Assembly: GCF_009914755.1 (NCBI RefSeq)
Contig: NC_060935.1
Reading direction: 5' to 3' (one strand)
Source of the DNA: the human T2T-CHM13v2.0 reference genome, Homo sapiens
Length of the DNA: 64,000 bases
Shown here: piece after piece, positions 38,563 to 50,766 of the stretch
How the letters are laid out: every line of letters begins with the position of its first letter
How positions within the stretch are numbered: the stretch's first letter is position 1
Program-made: the position numbers and the translations under genes
Notes under the pieces: model-generated
Told to the model about the DNA's origin: nothing
The model's input: the letters and a program-made list of their open reading frames with translations, nothing else
Databases searched by the model: none

Positions 38563-38852
38563 TCTTTTTTTTCTGACAGAGTTTTGCTCATCTCCCAGGC
38601 TGGAGTGCAATGGCACTCTCTCGGCGCTCACTGCAACCTCTGCCTCCTGGGTTCAAGTGATTCTCCTACCTCAGCCTTAGGAGTAGCTGGGATTACAGGC
38701 ACGTGCCACCACGCCCAGCTAATTTTTGTATTTTTAGTAGAGACGGGGTTTCACCATGTTGGTCAGGATGGTCTCAATCTCTTGACCTTGTGATCCGCCC
38801 GCCTCAGCCTCCCAAAGTGCTGGGATTACAGGTGTGAGCCACCGTGCCTGTC
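38563..38852 (-). mobile_element. AluS (Sc-like)
   Basis: CACTGCAACCTCTGCCTCCTGGGTTCAAG and CAGGATGGTCTCAATCTCTTGACCTTGTGATCC. Confidence 0.92.
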
Positions 38853-40330
38853 TTATATCAGCTCTCAGAGGGCATCCATCAACTTATCCAGTCCAGACAA
38901 AGAATGATTAAAAGGGCATGGGCTATGGACAGATCTGCTTTTGAACCTTCCATTTTTCCTAGGGAAAGTTATTTAATTTTGGTACATCTTACTTTCCTAT
39001 CTGTAAAGCGAGGCTTATGTGACCTTATCCAGGATTCTGTGAAGATTAGAAACAAAATACACAACCTGTTCAACAGGGTGCCTGGTGATGGACGGATAGG
39101 AAGTGCCCAATTTGTAAGAGCTGTTTTGAATATTTTGTTGTTGTAAGGCCCAGTGTAGAAAGCTCTGGGCATCTGGACAGTGCTTACAAATCCCTCAGAG
39201 GCAGCTCGTGCATATGAAATGGTGGACTGGCTGAAGAAAGCTTTATCCACAAATGAGTCTGCCTTCTAGTTTTAGTACACTGGGTAGCTTCCTGCCTCCA
39301 CAAAATGGAAAGCAATTTTAGTAAGTGCTTAGCTCAATTAGTTTGTGCCCAGACGTACTCTCAAGGGCTGGGCATACATACTTGTGATCGTGATTACCCA
39401 CCTATCTCTGGGAGGCTTGTTTTTCCAGAAGCCAGAGGCCTGAGTCTCTGGCTTCTAGTACACTAACCAGGTGAAATTTCCATTCAGTAGTGTACCTCTC
39501 ACTCCAACCCCCTAGGATGGGGCTTGAAGTGAACACCCTCTTCTACTGATGTAGAAGGTCAAGGAAGTGTTGTCCACTTGTCATAGCACCTCTTTCGGTC
39601 CATGTTAGCTGCAACAGTCATGAGCTCCCTCTGGGAAGCCCATGGGAAGCTCAAGCATCTGCTCTGCAAGCTTGGACCCAAATGTCCAACACAGCCTATG
39701 GTGACATCCAAGATACTTAATAACTATTAACAACTACAACAGACCAAGATGGTTACATGTGACTCTGAGCAGGAATTCTGGCTTAGAACATTCTCTCAAT
39801 TCTGCTGGTACTGAAATCAAGAACACCTTTCAGAAATTGCACCAAAGGATCCACAATAGGTAGGGAGGAAGGAACATATATCCAGAATACAATCCAATGA
39901 GCCCTGACACATAAGACTTTGAGGGTGCACTGCAGATCCAAGATTATGCTGTTTTGCTTCAGTGGTTCTTCTGGGTGATGTCTTTTTTATTTTCTCTGGT
40001 TTTCGCCACCCTTCTGCTATCCCCTCTTGGTTGCCACAGCATTTTGTGGGTGGGCATCATTACAAAAGTGAGGAGGAGATGGTGACTGCTCTTGGGGAAA
40101 ATGAGAATGTGCAGTGATTACTCTGTCATCAACGGTTTCCCCAAACTCACTATCACAAACTTGCCCAAAATAAATCCACAGCCTTAACTCCAGTCTCTCT
40201 GTTCCTGTAGAAATTACAACAGCCAAAGATGAAACCTAAGGCAAGACAGATGACAGCATGATGGAAGGAAAGAGTACACTGAGTGCCTTATCGATCTATC
40301 TGCCAGCCTGTGAATGGTGGGTAATAAAAA

Positions 40331-40336
40331 TTTATT
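40331..40336 (-). terminator. Distal polyadenylation hexamer AATAAA of MPPED2
   Basis: TTTATT on the + strand at the end of the UTR-like region. Confidence 0.75.
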
Positions 40337-40484
40337 GAAAATTAGGGAAAAAAATCACTTATTCTAATTCTTCTGAAAGGCATTACTGATGTTGCATATG
40401 AATAAATCCCTCCTTCCCCAGGACGAAACTACCATCCTCCACCATCCAACCCTCTAAACAGCACGAATTTAAAAATCTTGCAAT

Positions 40485-40490
40485 TTTATT
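40485..40490 (-). terminator. Candidate proximal AATAAA of the MPPED2 3' UTR
   Basis: TTTATT on the + strand, 154 nt upstream of the distal hexamer in transcript direction. Confidence 0.45.
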
Positions 40491-41711
40491 TGCATATAAA
40501 GGCCGCTAGATATAGAATATCACAATAAATTTAAAGAAACAACTGCTTTCCTAAATTTCATTAACAAAGTAACATAAAATAGAATAAAGCTCAACAGCAT
40601 TTACAATGGGAAAACAGAAATGACTATTAGCGACAATATTTTGTGCTAGCGAAGATTGCATCGACACACAGTGCAAAATGGGAGAGGGGAGAGGAAGTAA
40701 GAAGACAACTTGGGGTATTTAAATAGAAAGGACAACTAAGCCTTATTTTAGTTAGCTTCCATTGCATCCATTTAAGTCTATACATGCCTGTAACTGTACC
40801 TAGATTTAACTCAAGCTCTTTAAGACCTTGAGCTCTGAGAGAATGTGTCAGTTCCTTCCGACTTCTGATGTGCTGCTATACAGCATCCCTTTGCAGTTGT
40901 ACTGTCCTTGACAATATTAAACTCCTAACGTAGTCATAATACACAAAAAATACTTATATATATAAACCCATATTGAAAAGGAGTCTGCATGTTCATTTTT
41001 TTAACCGTATGAAATACCTGCTCTTGACAGATTCCATTTCTGTATTTTTAAAGCTGAAATAATTTAAAAGAAACAAACAAACAATGAGACCTTGTATAAC
41101 CACAATAGGAATCTCACTAGTTAAACCATCCTTTAAATGACAGCCATTTTCTTCTCAATGCAGCTTTCTTTATAGTGAGAGTATGAAAAGAAGTCTTTTC
41201 CATGCCTACTTCTGTTGAGAAGATTGCTATAAATTGGGACCACATCTGCAAAAAAGAAGCATTACCAAGAAAACAACAACAACAAAACATTGAAAATTAA
41301 AATATTTCAAACAATACTCTTAAACAGTTGTGCAAATCTGTGTTGGTTTTTAAAACACTGCCTGTTTCTTATTTTTTTTTCTTTCAGCTTAAAGCATATT
41401 AAAATAAGACTTTTATCACTTTTTAAAAGAAAGCTTGGCTGTCCTTTGGCGAACACTAACAATTTACAATGGCATGGCCTTTGAGAAAACAGAAGTCATT
41501 TTACAAATTCACAATGTTCCTCTGATTTCAAATGGATGCCCCATTTAAAATAAAATAAAATAAGAAGCACAACCTCTAGCATCATTTGTGTTCCAACAAT
41601 TTACAAAAAGAACTCACAGGGTTTGTAAATAAGTAAGAGAATGTAAGTTTATAATTAGAAAAATGGCAGTTTATAGACCTTCCCTCACATTCCAATAGGG
41701 CATTTAGAGCT

Positions 41712-41830
41712 TCAGGAACCCTGTGGGTTTGGAAGGTCAAATATAATTGGAGGGTTGGTCGGTTGAAAGCTGACTGTACACGTCGAGGCATTGATGTACG
41801 TTGTGTAACCGTCGGTCATGATGCCATAAC
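41712..41830 (-). CDS. MPPED2: MPPED2 main terminal exon, coding part: (G)YGIMTDGYTTYINASTCTVSFQPTNPPIIFDLPNPQGS*
   Basis: Acceptor CTCTCCCCACAG| (AG at 41832-41831). 119 nt = 2 + 38 codons + TGA (41714-41712), in frame with the previous exon. It is CpG-rich relative to the flanks, as expected for coding sequence. Confidence 0.97.
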
Positions 41831-44171
41831 CTGTGGGGAGAGCGTGTCACATTTACTGTAATATATACAAATGAGAGTGATGGAATGTAGGGCTGTCAGG
41901 CAAGGAAAACAAAAAATTTTTGTCAGTGGGCAGTGAGATGAAATTCAGTTGAGCCTCCTCAGATATAATGACTTTCAGAAGCTACTGCCCAATTTTACTC
42001 TATTTTCTTTAAATGGTAGAATCTTCTCCTTCAACTAAGAGCAATTTTTTTTTCTTTATTTAAATGCTAAACTTGTTGAAGAAGGGCTGTGATTTCTTTA
42101 CTAGGGAGAATAAAGAAAAACTTTTTTCCTCCTTTTAAAATAGGATTTTCATTTCAAAGCCTTGTGTTAACTATTGAGTTCTAGGGAATAAAATGAGTAA
42201 TATAAGGATTACTCCTCAGGGGCAAACACAACTAAATTCCAAGTGGGATATGGGGCAGGTGAGGGGGGAAAGGATACTGCATTGAGAGTTAAGAAATGTA
42301 GACACTCAATTTACTTATTTATGAAATAATCTCTTAACTGCCTTTACGAAAGTCAACCATATATGATTTTTGAATTGTGTGGCTTTAATACTAAGTTCCA
42401 TTTCATTCAAAAGTGTCAGCTAATCACATGTCGAAGTGATGTGTAGAAACATCACCCTAGGTCACTGTTTCCTAAGCTTACCTGGATACTAGATCAAGCA
42501 AAAACACTTCCCATATGCAATATAAACCTTTTGTGATTTATTGGGAGAAAGTTGTTTCCCTAGGTCTTTGGTATATATGTTCCTTTGATAATTTTCAATA
42601 TGATAAAATGTTTAGCATGTTTGCAAGTTGGCACATTTCCCTGAATACCTTATATTTGCCTTATAGCCTCTTCAACTAAGATTCTATGTTGGTATCAGGC
42701 TCTTATCGCATATAAAAACATAGCTGTGAAAAAAATAAAATTACCAAGATATAGAGAAGTAACTGAAAAGGCTTTTTTCCACATTGGCTAAAATTTCTCC
42801 AAGTAAAGCCTGTGGAGAACTTAATGAGGGTCAATGGAAAAATCTCTTAAGAAAAGAAAAGAGGCATTTAAAATCTGCGCTGTTTAGTTCTGGGGTCATA
42901 AAGTCTTGTTATCTCTCTCCATCAAGAGGTTGGTATTTGCCCTCTTCCTGCCCTCTTCAGCTGTCTTAAGTGAATAAAAGTGAGACAAGTTTATATGAAT
43001 ATGATCTCCTCCCTTTTAGGCAAGTTTATTATTTTGGGGCTTCAGTGGAATTCCCCAATTGTCTGGCTAGTTTAAAGGTAATTAATGATTTTTTTCAAAG
43101 ATAAAATGCAAACTCATAGGCATGCTGCACGAATTCAGACCTGTTTTCAGAATAACAGTCCTCCAGAAATGTTGCTTAGTTTAGATATGAGGTCCCACCT
43201 CCCTAGTCTCCCCTCCAGGCATTCCCCCATCACTGGTGTTCCCTCCATCATACCTTAGGGCAGTACCCTCCTTTTCAGGGAGCATAGCTCAAAGCCAGGG
43301 CAGGCCGATATCCACTCTCTGGGAGCTGCACCCTGCTTTCCACCCACTCAGCTGGTACCTGCCCTTGGAGCAAACTGAATTTTCTCTGGCCTCAGTAGGA
43401 TGATTTTCAATATGCTCTTTATTACCCACCTAACCAGGAAGCCACTGAATTTGTGGGCTTTGAAAAAGCAAACTTTGTTTTTTGCTTCCTCAGGCACACA
43501 GCCTTAAACACCTCAACTTGACTGCATATTCATAAGTAACTCCAGAGAGCTGCCATAAGCAGGAGCTAGAGAGAATATAGCGGCTGCCCACGTAAACACG
43601 GCCATTGCACACAAGCGTGTGTAACTGGGAAAATCTGCTAGGGACAGAAATCCTTAGGCTTGCTGAAAGAGGGCTTTGTGTCTGTCTCAAAGCCCAGTTA
43701 CCCATGATTTGAAAAAGGCAGGTCGGAGAAAACCCAGATCCCTTGAAGATTCCTGTTAGGCTTTCGGTTCTGTGAACCTGACTCAGCTTACCTTGAAAGG
43801 CAGAAAAATGGCAACTGGACCAGTTCCTATTTAAGAGAGATTTAATTATTCTGCTTAACCTCAGCCTGAGCTAATAGCTCCGATGATTTCTGAGAAGTCT
43901 GAAATAGTTTTCTGAGGTTAGTAAGGAAAAGTCTACCTGCAAATGTGCAGGTTCCCGCCACTTCTGTTACATATCTTTCATTGCATGTCCTAAGCTATTT
44001 TTCAGAGAATGCCTTGTCTTCCTGGGTCTTTGTGTTAATTCCATATGAAACACAATATTTACAGGTAGGAGGGGACTATAGAGGCTTAAAATAGCTTCTA
44101 ATATCCAGACCATTTCTTCTAACTCTCTTAAGGAGAAAATGACTCCTTGTATACCTTGGGGTTGCTCTAAA

Positions 44172-44391
44172 GCAGTGGTTATCAAACATTCCTCGTTAAA
44201 GCCCTGAGATTCCAGAAGCTGCCAGGGGGAGTGCAGGGTTTGCAGTTAGTAGACCAGACGTGCTTCCTACTTTCCACTCTGCTTACAAGAGAGAAGGTCC
44301 ATATAAAATATTTATCAGCTTTATATTCAGATGTTTCTCATAAGACTTCATCTTATAAAAGGGTCCCGCTGCTAAAAAGTTTGAAAACAAC
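44172..44391. mobile_element. Short hAT-Charlie MITE-like element
   Basis: TIR-like ends CAGTGGTTATCAAAC... and ...GTTTGAAAACAACTA. Confidence 0.55.
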
Positions 44392-44471
44392 TACTCCACT
44401 TATTCCTAGTTGTAGACTGAGATAGTGGACAGGGGCACAAAATGTTTTGAATTCTTTTCCGCTGTTCTTAC

Positions 44472-44585
44472 CTTCATGGATTCCACCAAACACATGGAGC
44501 TTGGGCCGGACTCGCCTCTGAACCGTGTTTAACAGCTCCACACAGCCCACTCTTTGAAGCTCCTTTGGAACCCAGTCTCGAAAAC
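44472..44585 (-). CDS. MPPED2: MPPED2 penultimate coding exon (114 nt): (G)FRDWVPKELQRVGCVELLNTVQRRVRPKLHVFGGIHE(G/V)
   Basis: Acceptor TTTTGCCCTTAG| (AG at 44587-44586) and donor G|GTAAGA (GT at 44471-44470). It is the core of track ORF 44353..44595. Phase 1-1. Confidence 0.97.
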
Positions 44586-47500
44586 CTAAGGGCAAAATGC
44601 AATCAATACACTTAATTTTCTTTCTTCAGGTAAGGTTTCATTTAGACTTTCAGGAAGCCATAACTCACAGAAGGTTTATTACATTATCTGTAATCCTAGC
44701 CTCTCCATTAAAGCTCACAATGGCTTTTAAGAAACTTTTCACTCGTCACTTTGTCTTCTTTAGGTTCTTGAAATTTTTTTTTGGTTTCCATTTTTTTTTT
44801 CTTCCTGTTAATTAACATTTTTTTTTCTGTAGGAGATTTGATTTATTCAGCCATGGGTTTCAAATCTTCTTCATGAGCTCAATGACATTTATTCCCGGCA
44901 GTCCCATAATATCTCTTTCTCCCTCAATTCAGTTACTTTCGCTATTTTATTATATCTTTCTTATAGCAGTTTACTTCTAAGATGATTCAAAGAAGGACTG
45001 AGAGGAGCTGCCTGTAAACTGGTCACAAGATACCCAGCTCTCTTTAGATACACTAAGTCTTACCCCTTGTGGTTCCGGATGACCAAAGCTTTGGAAAGCT
45101 AGGTTGCTCCTGTGGTCCTGTCCTCTCCAGCGACAGGCAAAAATGTGACCTCACAGTGGCATCCAGCAAGCTGGGGCTAATTGACTACTTTTAAAGTAAA
45201 AGCCACTTAGTTCTACACTTAATGCAGAAAATCCATAAAAACTGACATCAATTATAGCAAAAGTCAGCTATCTGGATGATTATGGCCTGGAATGGAATCC
45301 ATACGCCTCAGCAGGATAGGGCATAAAGAAGGCAGGTAGGATGAAAGGCTAAATCGTAATCTCTGGAAACCCATTCCACAGCGCCATTAGGTTATTTCTA
45401 TTATTTAGAAATAACTGGGCAGTAAGGAACAGCTTTCTGCTTTTTCGGGCCAAACTGCAGACATGAACGTTTAGTGTCTCTGTAAAGACATATTCGCTGG
45501 GGTTTAAGGAGTGACTAGAGAGTCTGAAAATAGATGAAAGTGGGGTCCCCAGCAAAAATCTATCCAGCGTTTTCAAAACTTTTTTAATAGTGGGGCAGAA
45601 TTCTTAAGCTACATTGATTGGCATATTACCTCATGCATGTGTTTTTCCTGAAGGGGGAAAATATTCCATTTCATATGCAAACATCTGAGAAAGCATCTTG
45701 CTTATACCATAACAGTGAAGTCTCACGGCACTGTGGCATCCCTCACCAGCAGGAAGAAATTCAAGGCCAGTCTCTCCACTCCCCTCTCCAATGTCACGTT
45801 TTCACAAGAATCCCAATAGCTATATTAACTAAGGTTTAACAATACCTTAGGAAGACTTTGCCTGACCTTTTATTTGGGAACTCCTTGATGTAGCTGTCAC
45901 TCTGCTCTACTCACAGCCACTCTCTCATTTACTCCACCTTTACCATAAAGAGAGGGATGCTAGCTTCCCTATTAAGAGTTCCTGGGATGTCTGAAATCCT
46001 TGGAGTCTACAATTCAGACTTACTCTTATTGCCATTTGCTTTTATACCAAAATCAATGACTTGATAAGTTTGTTCTGTTCAAAGTTGTATTCCAAATAAT
46101 ACTCGAGTCATGTAAATGTTTCTCTGCTGAAGATGTCCAAGTCCCTTGAAATAAATAGCCAAAGGGAAATCATGCCTGCACCCAATTAGGCTGCTCAGGC
46201 AAAAGGATGAAGGTAGCTGAAATGATAACTCTGTAGGATGCTCTCACTGGGTAACTCATGCTGATCACAATATTTAGCTAGCAATTTAATGATGTAGCTA
46301 CTCTAATGGTTGTAAAATAGGGAACTTAGTTAATTATGACTTGATAAAGGTTGTTGACAAGTGTAATATTTTAAAACATGGGTTGAGGTGGTCTGGGGAT
46401 GATGAAAAAGCATGGGAATGGTGATTCTGAAGTGTTAAAAGAAGTCAGGAACTGCTGATCCTGTGCAAATCTATATAATTCCCATGTCTGCAACAGAGCT
46501 GGCTCTTCTTTTCTTGCTTCCCCCATCACTAAAATGTGCCACTATGGCCTCCGCCATGGTGCTCACTTCCACTGTTTCTTTGTGAAACATGGGCCACTTC
46601 CCTTGTAAGAGAAGGAGAGCAGCACCAAGTGCCTTGGAGGAGAAAATATCTACAAAAATTAAACTTGCATTAGGAAATGAATGTTATTTTTTTTTCTTTT
46701 TATTTTTAGGGATGGCAAAGGAGGGGGGTAACATGGATAAAAACTCCAAACCACAGGAAAATTTGTGGAAATTATTTATATTTGTATAAAGTGTTTTTTC
46801 CCTCTCTCCAAACCAAGATGATTAAGAAACTCTTTTAGCATTGTACACTGAAAAATGTGTTAAAAGGGTAGATTTCATGTTATATGTGTGTATGTGTGTG
46901 TGTTTAGCCACAATTTTAAAAAGAAAGAAAAAATCGAACAGTCTTCTATTAAAAGTGAAACATCTGAATTTCTTGAGCACACCTTAGTCATTTAGAAAGG
47001 GTCCTGGCATAATGGGTACTGAGTAGATGTGGGATCAGGGCGGTAGTCCTTGTTGAAGAATGTTCTGTAGCTAAACCAACAGATAACAAGTTCGTGAAAA
47101 ATTAAAAGGTAATAAGTCAACTGATCATTCTTTGGCCCATAATGTGGCTCACTAGTGGGTAGGCTTTGAAGCACACAGACAATATAAATCTGGATGCAGC
47201 CTCCATGTGCCTGTAGGGTAAGTATCCTTAAGTAACTTTCAGTGTAAGTTCTTACTGAAATACCTCAGCTTATAAAAAGGATTCTTTTCTAAAATTATCA
47301 GCTCAAATGTTAAACTTTAAAGGTCTTCCAGGTTCCAGCATTATATGGAAAAGGAAAATGAGCTCCTTTGAATAAAAATTTCCATCATTTCATTGCCATT
47401 CAAAAGCCCTGTGATTGGGAGGTCCGAATCTTCCTTCCTTTCTCCACCCCACCCCCTTACTCCAAAGTGAATACAGTTCTTAAAATAAATTATCAAGCTC

Positions 47501-47761
47501 AGAAGACTGTGGCACACCATACTCATTTGATTTTTCCCTGACTTGACTAAATCAAAAAATTTAATTTCAAGAACACCTGTAAGCCCAGCAGAACTGCTGA
47601 GTTTAATTATCATACTGAGTTTCTTTAAAGACATTGACTTTTCTTTTCGTATTCACTTTTTTTTTTTTTTGGAGGAAAATGATTATGTCCCTGAAGCATT
47701 ATTCATTATGCCTGGAAAAAAAGGCATCTGGATGACAAAGGACAACCTTTGCTTCACTTAC

Positions 47762-47877
47762 CTAGAGGAGGTCCATGTGTCATGAGTATGTCAATGCCCT
47801 CAGGGATGAGGTTCCACTTGTCCAGCAGAGACTGACCTCTGGGTAGGTTAAAGCCCCATCCATTAAACCACGGGGTC
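47762..47877 (-). CDS. MPPED2: MPPED2 internal coding exon (116 nt): (W)TPWFNGWGFNLPRGQSLLDKWNLIPEGIDILMTHGPPL(G)
   Basis: Acceptor ...CTCCCCCAAAG| (AG at 47879-47878) and donor G|GTAAGT (GT at 47761-47760). The frame is open, contains the metallophosphoesterase 'DILMTHGPP' motif and joins the next exon in frame. The peptide is recognised as MPPED2. The upstream exons lie beyond the window. Confidence 0.97.
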
Positions 47878-49349
47878 CTTTGGGGGAGATAATGCACATG
47901 GTATCAGGCCAGCAGAGCCACGGCTCCGCTCTGCAATATTTCTCTCTCGCACATTCCCCCACGGTTTGCATTGCTCTCTTTTCTCTTTTTGATGGTTGGC
48001 CCTGGCAGCAGGATGCTTTTTTGTTGACTGCTTCAAAACCAATCCATTTGAAAGTAAGCGTGGAGCCTACGAATTGTTCCACTAGAAAGGGGCACAAGAG
48101 CCTTTACAGTGGAGACTTTCCCAGCAGGCCTCTATCAAAATCTTGACAATGCTTTGTCTTCCCCTAAATCTCAGTGCTTCCTAAGATACCCAGCCCCGAT
48201 CCAAAGCATTTCCACCCTTCCTGTAGCATCTCACAGCTAAGAAATTCTGCAGTACTCCTTCTCCCTCACAATCACTGTGAGGGGAGGAGTGAGGAGGGAG
48301 GAGAAAATCTTTCTACTTTTCCAGAAAGATTCTCACTAAAGTCCTTGGAGAAAAGGATGAGGGCTCTGACACAGGCACTCTGTCCATTAAGATGGTTTGA
48401 ATACCCTGGAGTGAGATTTCTGAAAAAATACGGGGGCTCTGAAAAGTGAGAAGGAACACAGTAAACAGAAAGTAAACACAGAACTTTTCTTCTGCCACCA
48501 AAGGGAAGATTTGGGGACATCCCTGGTCACTCTGGAATCCACTCTCCTGACAATGAACATGAGCCTTTTTCCATCCCAGGAACTTCTGCTCCAAGAATGA
48601 GTTTTTGAGATTGATGTTCCATGTAGAAGGGAATGAGTCTTTGTCCATCCATTGAGCATTTCTGATCGGTGCTGAAAATGTCTCTACCATTTAAGATACA
48701 AGTAATGGGAGACTGATCAATTTCTCTCTGCAAATACTACAGGCTAAATCACATTAGAACTAAGTAGTTCCCAGTGTTATCCTATTCCCAAACATCTAGA
48801 TCTTATCAGTATTCTTTAAAACTGTTCTATTTTGTTCTGTGGGTAAATTCTAATTTGCTAAGGCATACATGTAACAGACAAGTCGGTCAATTTTCTGGCC
48901 AAGCCCAACTTACCCTTTCAGTTTAACCTGCCCCTTCCATGCCAAATGAAAGAGGTAAACCTGTGTATAAAGTGACCCTAACCTTGTCAATCACAGCTAA
49001 TCAAATGGAGTGCACACTTACTTAAAGCCAGTCACTGGCCAGACTAATCAGATTCTTTCAAGAATTTGAATTTAGAAACACTGACACAGCTTTCATTTGG
49101 TGGTGGACATGTATAGTCAAGACCAGAGCGAGAAGAATGGTCATTGAAAGCCATGCAAAAATCTGTGGCATACGTGCAAACCTCAGTTCACGCTGATATG
49201 GTGGAGAAAGTTCCAGAGAGAAGAGACTGTGTAGCCCTAGCCAGAAAAGGAGAAACTAGGAAAGTATCAGACTTGCTTCCTAACCACTTTCCAAGTCCTT
49301 AAGCCATGCCCGGGGTGCTTGCTTATAATAGAAATAAGAATATGAGGAG

Positions 49350-49575
49350 AATAATTATATTGTGTTATTTAATGCTTTTTCTGTGTCAAGGTACTATTCT
49401 AAGCACTTTATTTGTATTAACTCATTTAAGCCTCGCAGCAAACTCATGAGGTGGGCACTATTATCATCTCTACTTTACAATGAGGAAACTGAGGCACAGA
49501 GAGGTTAGGTAAACACAATTAATAACTTGGATATAAACCCAGGCAGTCTGGTTCCAAAAACAATGTTTGCCACCA
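49350..49575 (-). mobile_element. MIR
   Basis: TTTACAATGAGGAAACTGAGGCACAGAGAGGTTAGGT. Confidence 0.85.
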
Positions 49576-49734
49576 TATAATTCCTCTTCTTATATACTAT
49601 CTGAATTAATTTACTCCTTGCTCTGGGTGAGACTCTTCTGTACTCTTTCAAGCTTGAGTATCTTGTTGCTTGAAGCCTAGTGAGCTCTGAACTGGAATAA
49701 TATATCAATTTCATGGTTCTGAAATCCAGTAATA

Positions 49735-50245
49735 ACATAGTGGAGTGGATACCTGTTGCTTTTGTCTGTTCAGATCTTTCCTCCGTCTTTTGGTGACAAC
49801 ATCTGAGTTTCTTTTGGAGAACCACTCCCTTTCCCACTCAGTACATGTGCTTCTGGTAAGACTGATTCCATCCCTGTTCTAGAATGAGTCTTAGGGATGT
49901 ACATATGACCCAAGTTGTGTCAATGAGAGTCACCCTCAGGATTTGGCTGGTGCTATCTAAGAAGAGGTCAGGGTTTTCTCTCTGGGATCCTGAATCTTAA
50001 GACTTATATGAGCCTGGAATTGCCAGGGAGCTATTTTATCTGTCCTATAGATAGCCCCTGCTTGAGAAACCACCACAAAGAAACCCAAGACAAAAAAGAG
50101 AGGACTGTAATGATGTTGTTGAACATGTGCATCCAGCTGTACCTGAAGCCAACTGAACTTTTCCTTCTAAGGGCCAATAAAATCTTGTTCTTTTTATTAA
50201 CTTTAGTTAGATCCTGTTTCTTGAAACTTAAAAAGTCCTAATATA
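49735..50245 (+). mobile_element. Old MLT1 (J/K-like) MaLR LTR
   Basis: CATATGACCCAAGTTGTGTCAATGAGAG...GCATCCAGCTGTACCTGAAGCC...GCCAATAAAATC. Confidence 0.55.
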
Positions 50246-50264
50246 TACAATCATTGTATGTACC

Positions 50265-50766
50265 TGGGGTAAGCAATAATGTCTCCTCCACTCCAAGATG
50301 TCTACATCCTAATACCTGGAACCTGTGAATGTTACTGTACACGGCAAGGGGAAATTAAAGTCACTGATGGAATTCAGATGACCTGAAAATAGTAAGATTA
50401 TCCTGGATTATCTAGGTCGGCCCAGTGTAACCCCAAGGGTCCCTAAAACTGGAAGAGGGAGGTAGAAAAGAAGATCAGAGTGATGCAATGTGAGAAGGAC
50501 TCAACCTGCTATTGATGGCTTTGAACACAGAAGAAGGAGACTAGGAGGCAACAAACGTGGGCAACCTGTAGAAGCTGGAAAAGTTACGAAAAACCCAGAT
50601 CTTCCTATAGAGCCTCCAAAAAAATGCAGCCCTGCTGACACCTGGATTTTAGTCCAGTGAGACCCATGTCAGACTTCTGACCAACGTACTTGTAAGATAA
50701 ATATGTGTTGTTAGAAGCTACTAAAGTTGCTGTGACTTGATAGAGCAGAAATAGAAAATTGGTACA
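50265..50766 (+). mobile_element. MLT1D-like MaLR LTR
   Basis: AAGATGTCTACATCCTAATACCTGGAACCTGTGAATG...GATTATCCTGGATTATCTAGG...CAGCCCTGCTGACACCTGGATTTTAG...GCAGAAATAGAAAATTGGTACA. Confidence 0.8.

Larger units (their letters stand above)
40312..41711 (-). other. MPPED2: MPPED2 main 3' UTR (~1.4 kb, AU-rich, no recognisable repeats)
   Basis: Runs from the TGA stop to the AATAAA at 40336-40331. The cleavage site is approximate, ~15-25 nt downstream of the hexamer. Confidence 0.8.

Noticed and set aside
37749-38793. Several 100-120-aa ORFs here and over other Alus (14756, 31938, 33268, 58509, 62221)
   Set aside because: Typical Alu-derived translations.
44353-44595. 80-aa ORF as a stand-alone gene
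   Set aside because: It is the MPPED2 penultimate exon with intronic extensions on both sides.
47780-48097. 105-aa minus-strand ORF overlapping an MPPED2 exon
   Set aside because: It is in a different frame from the spliced MPPED2 frame and mostly intronic; no recognisable homology.
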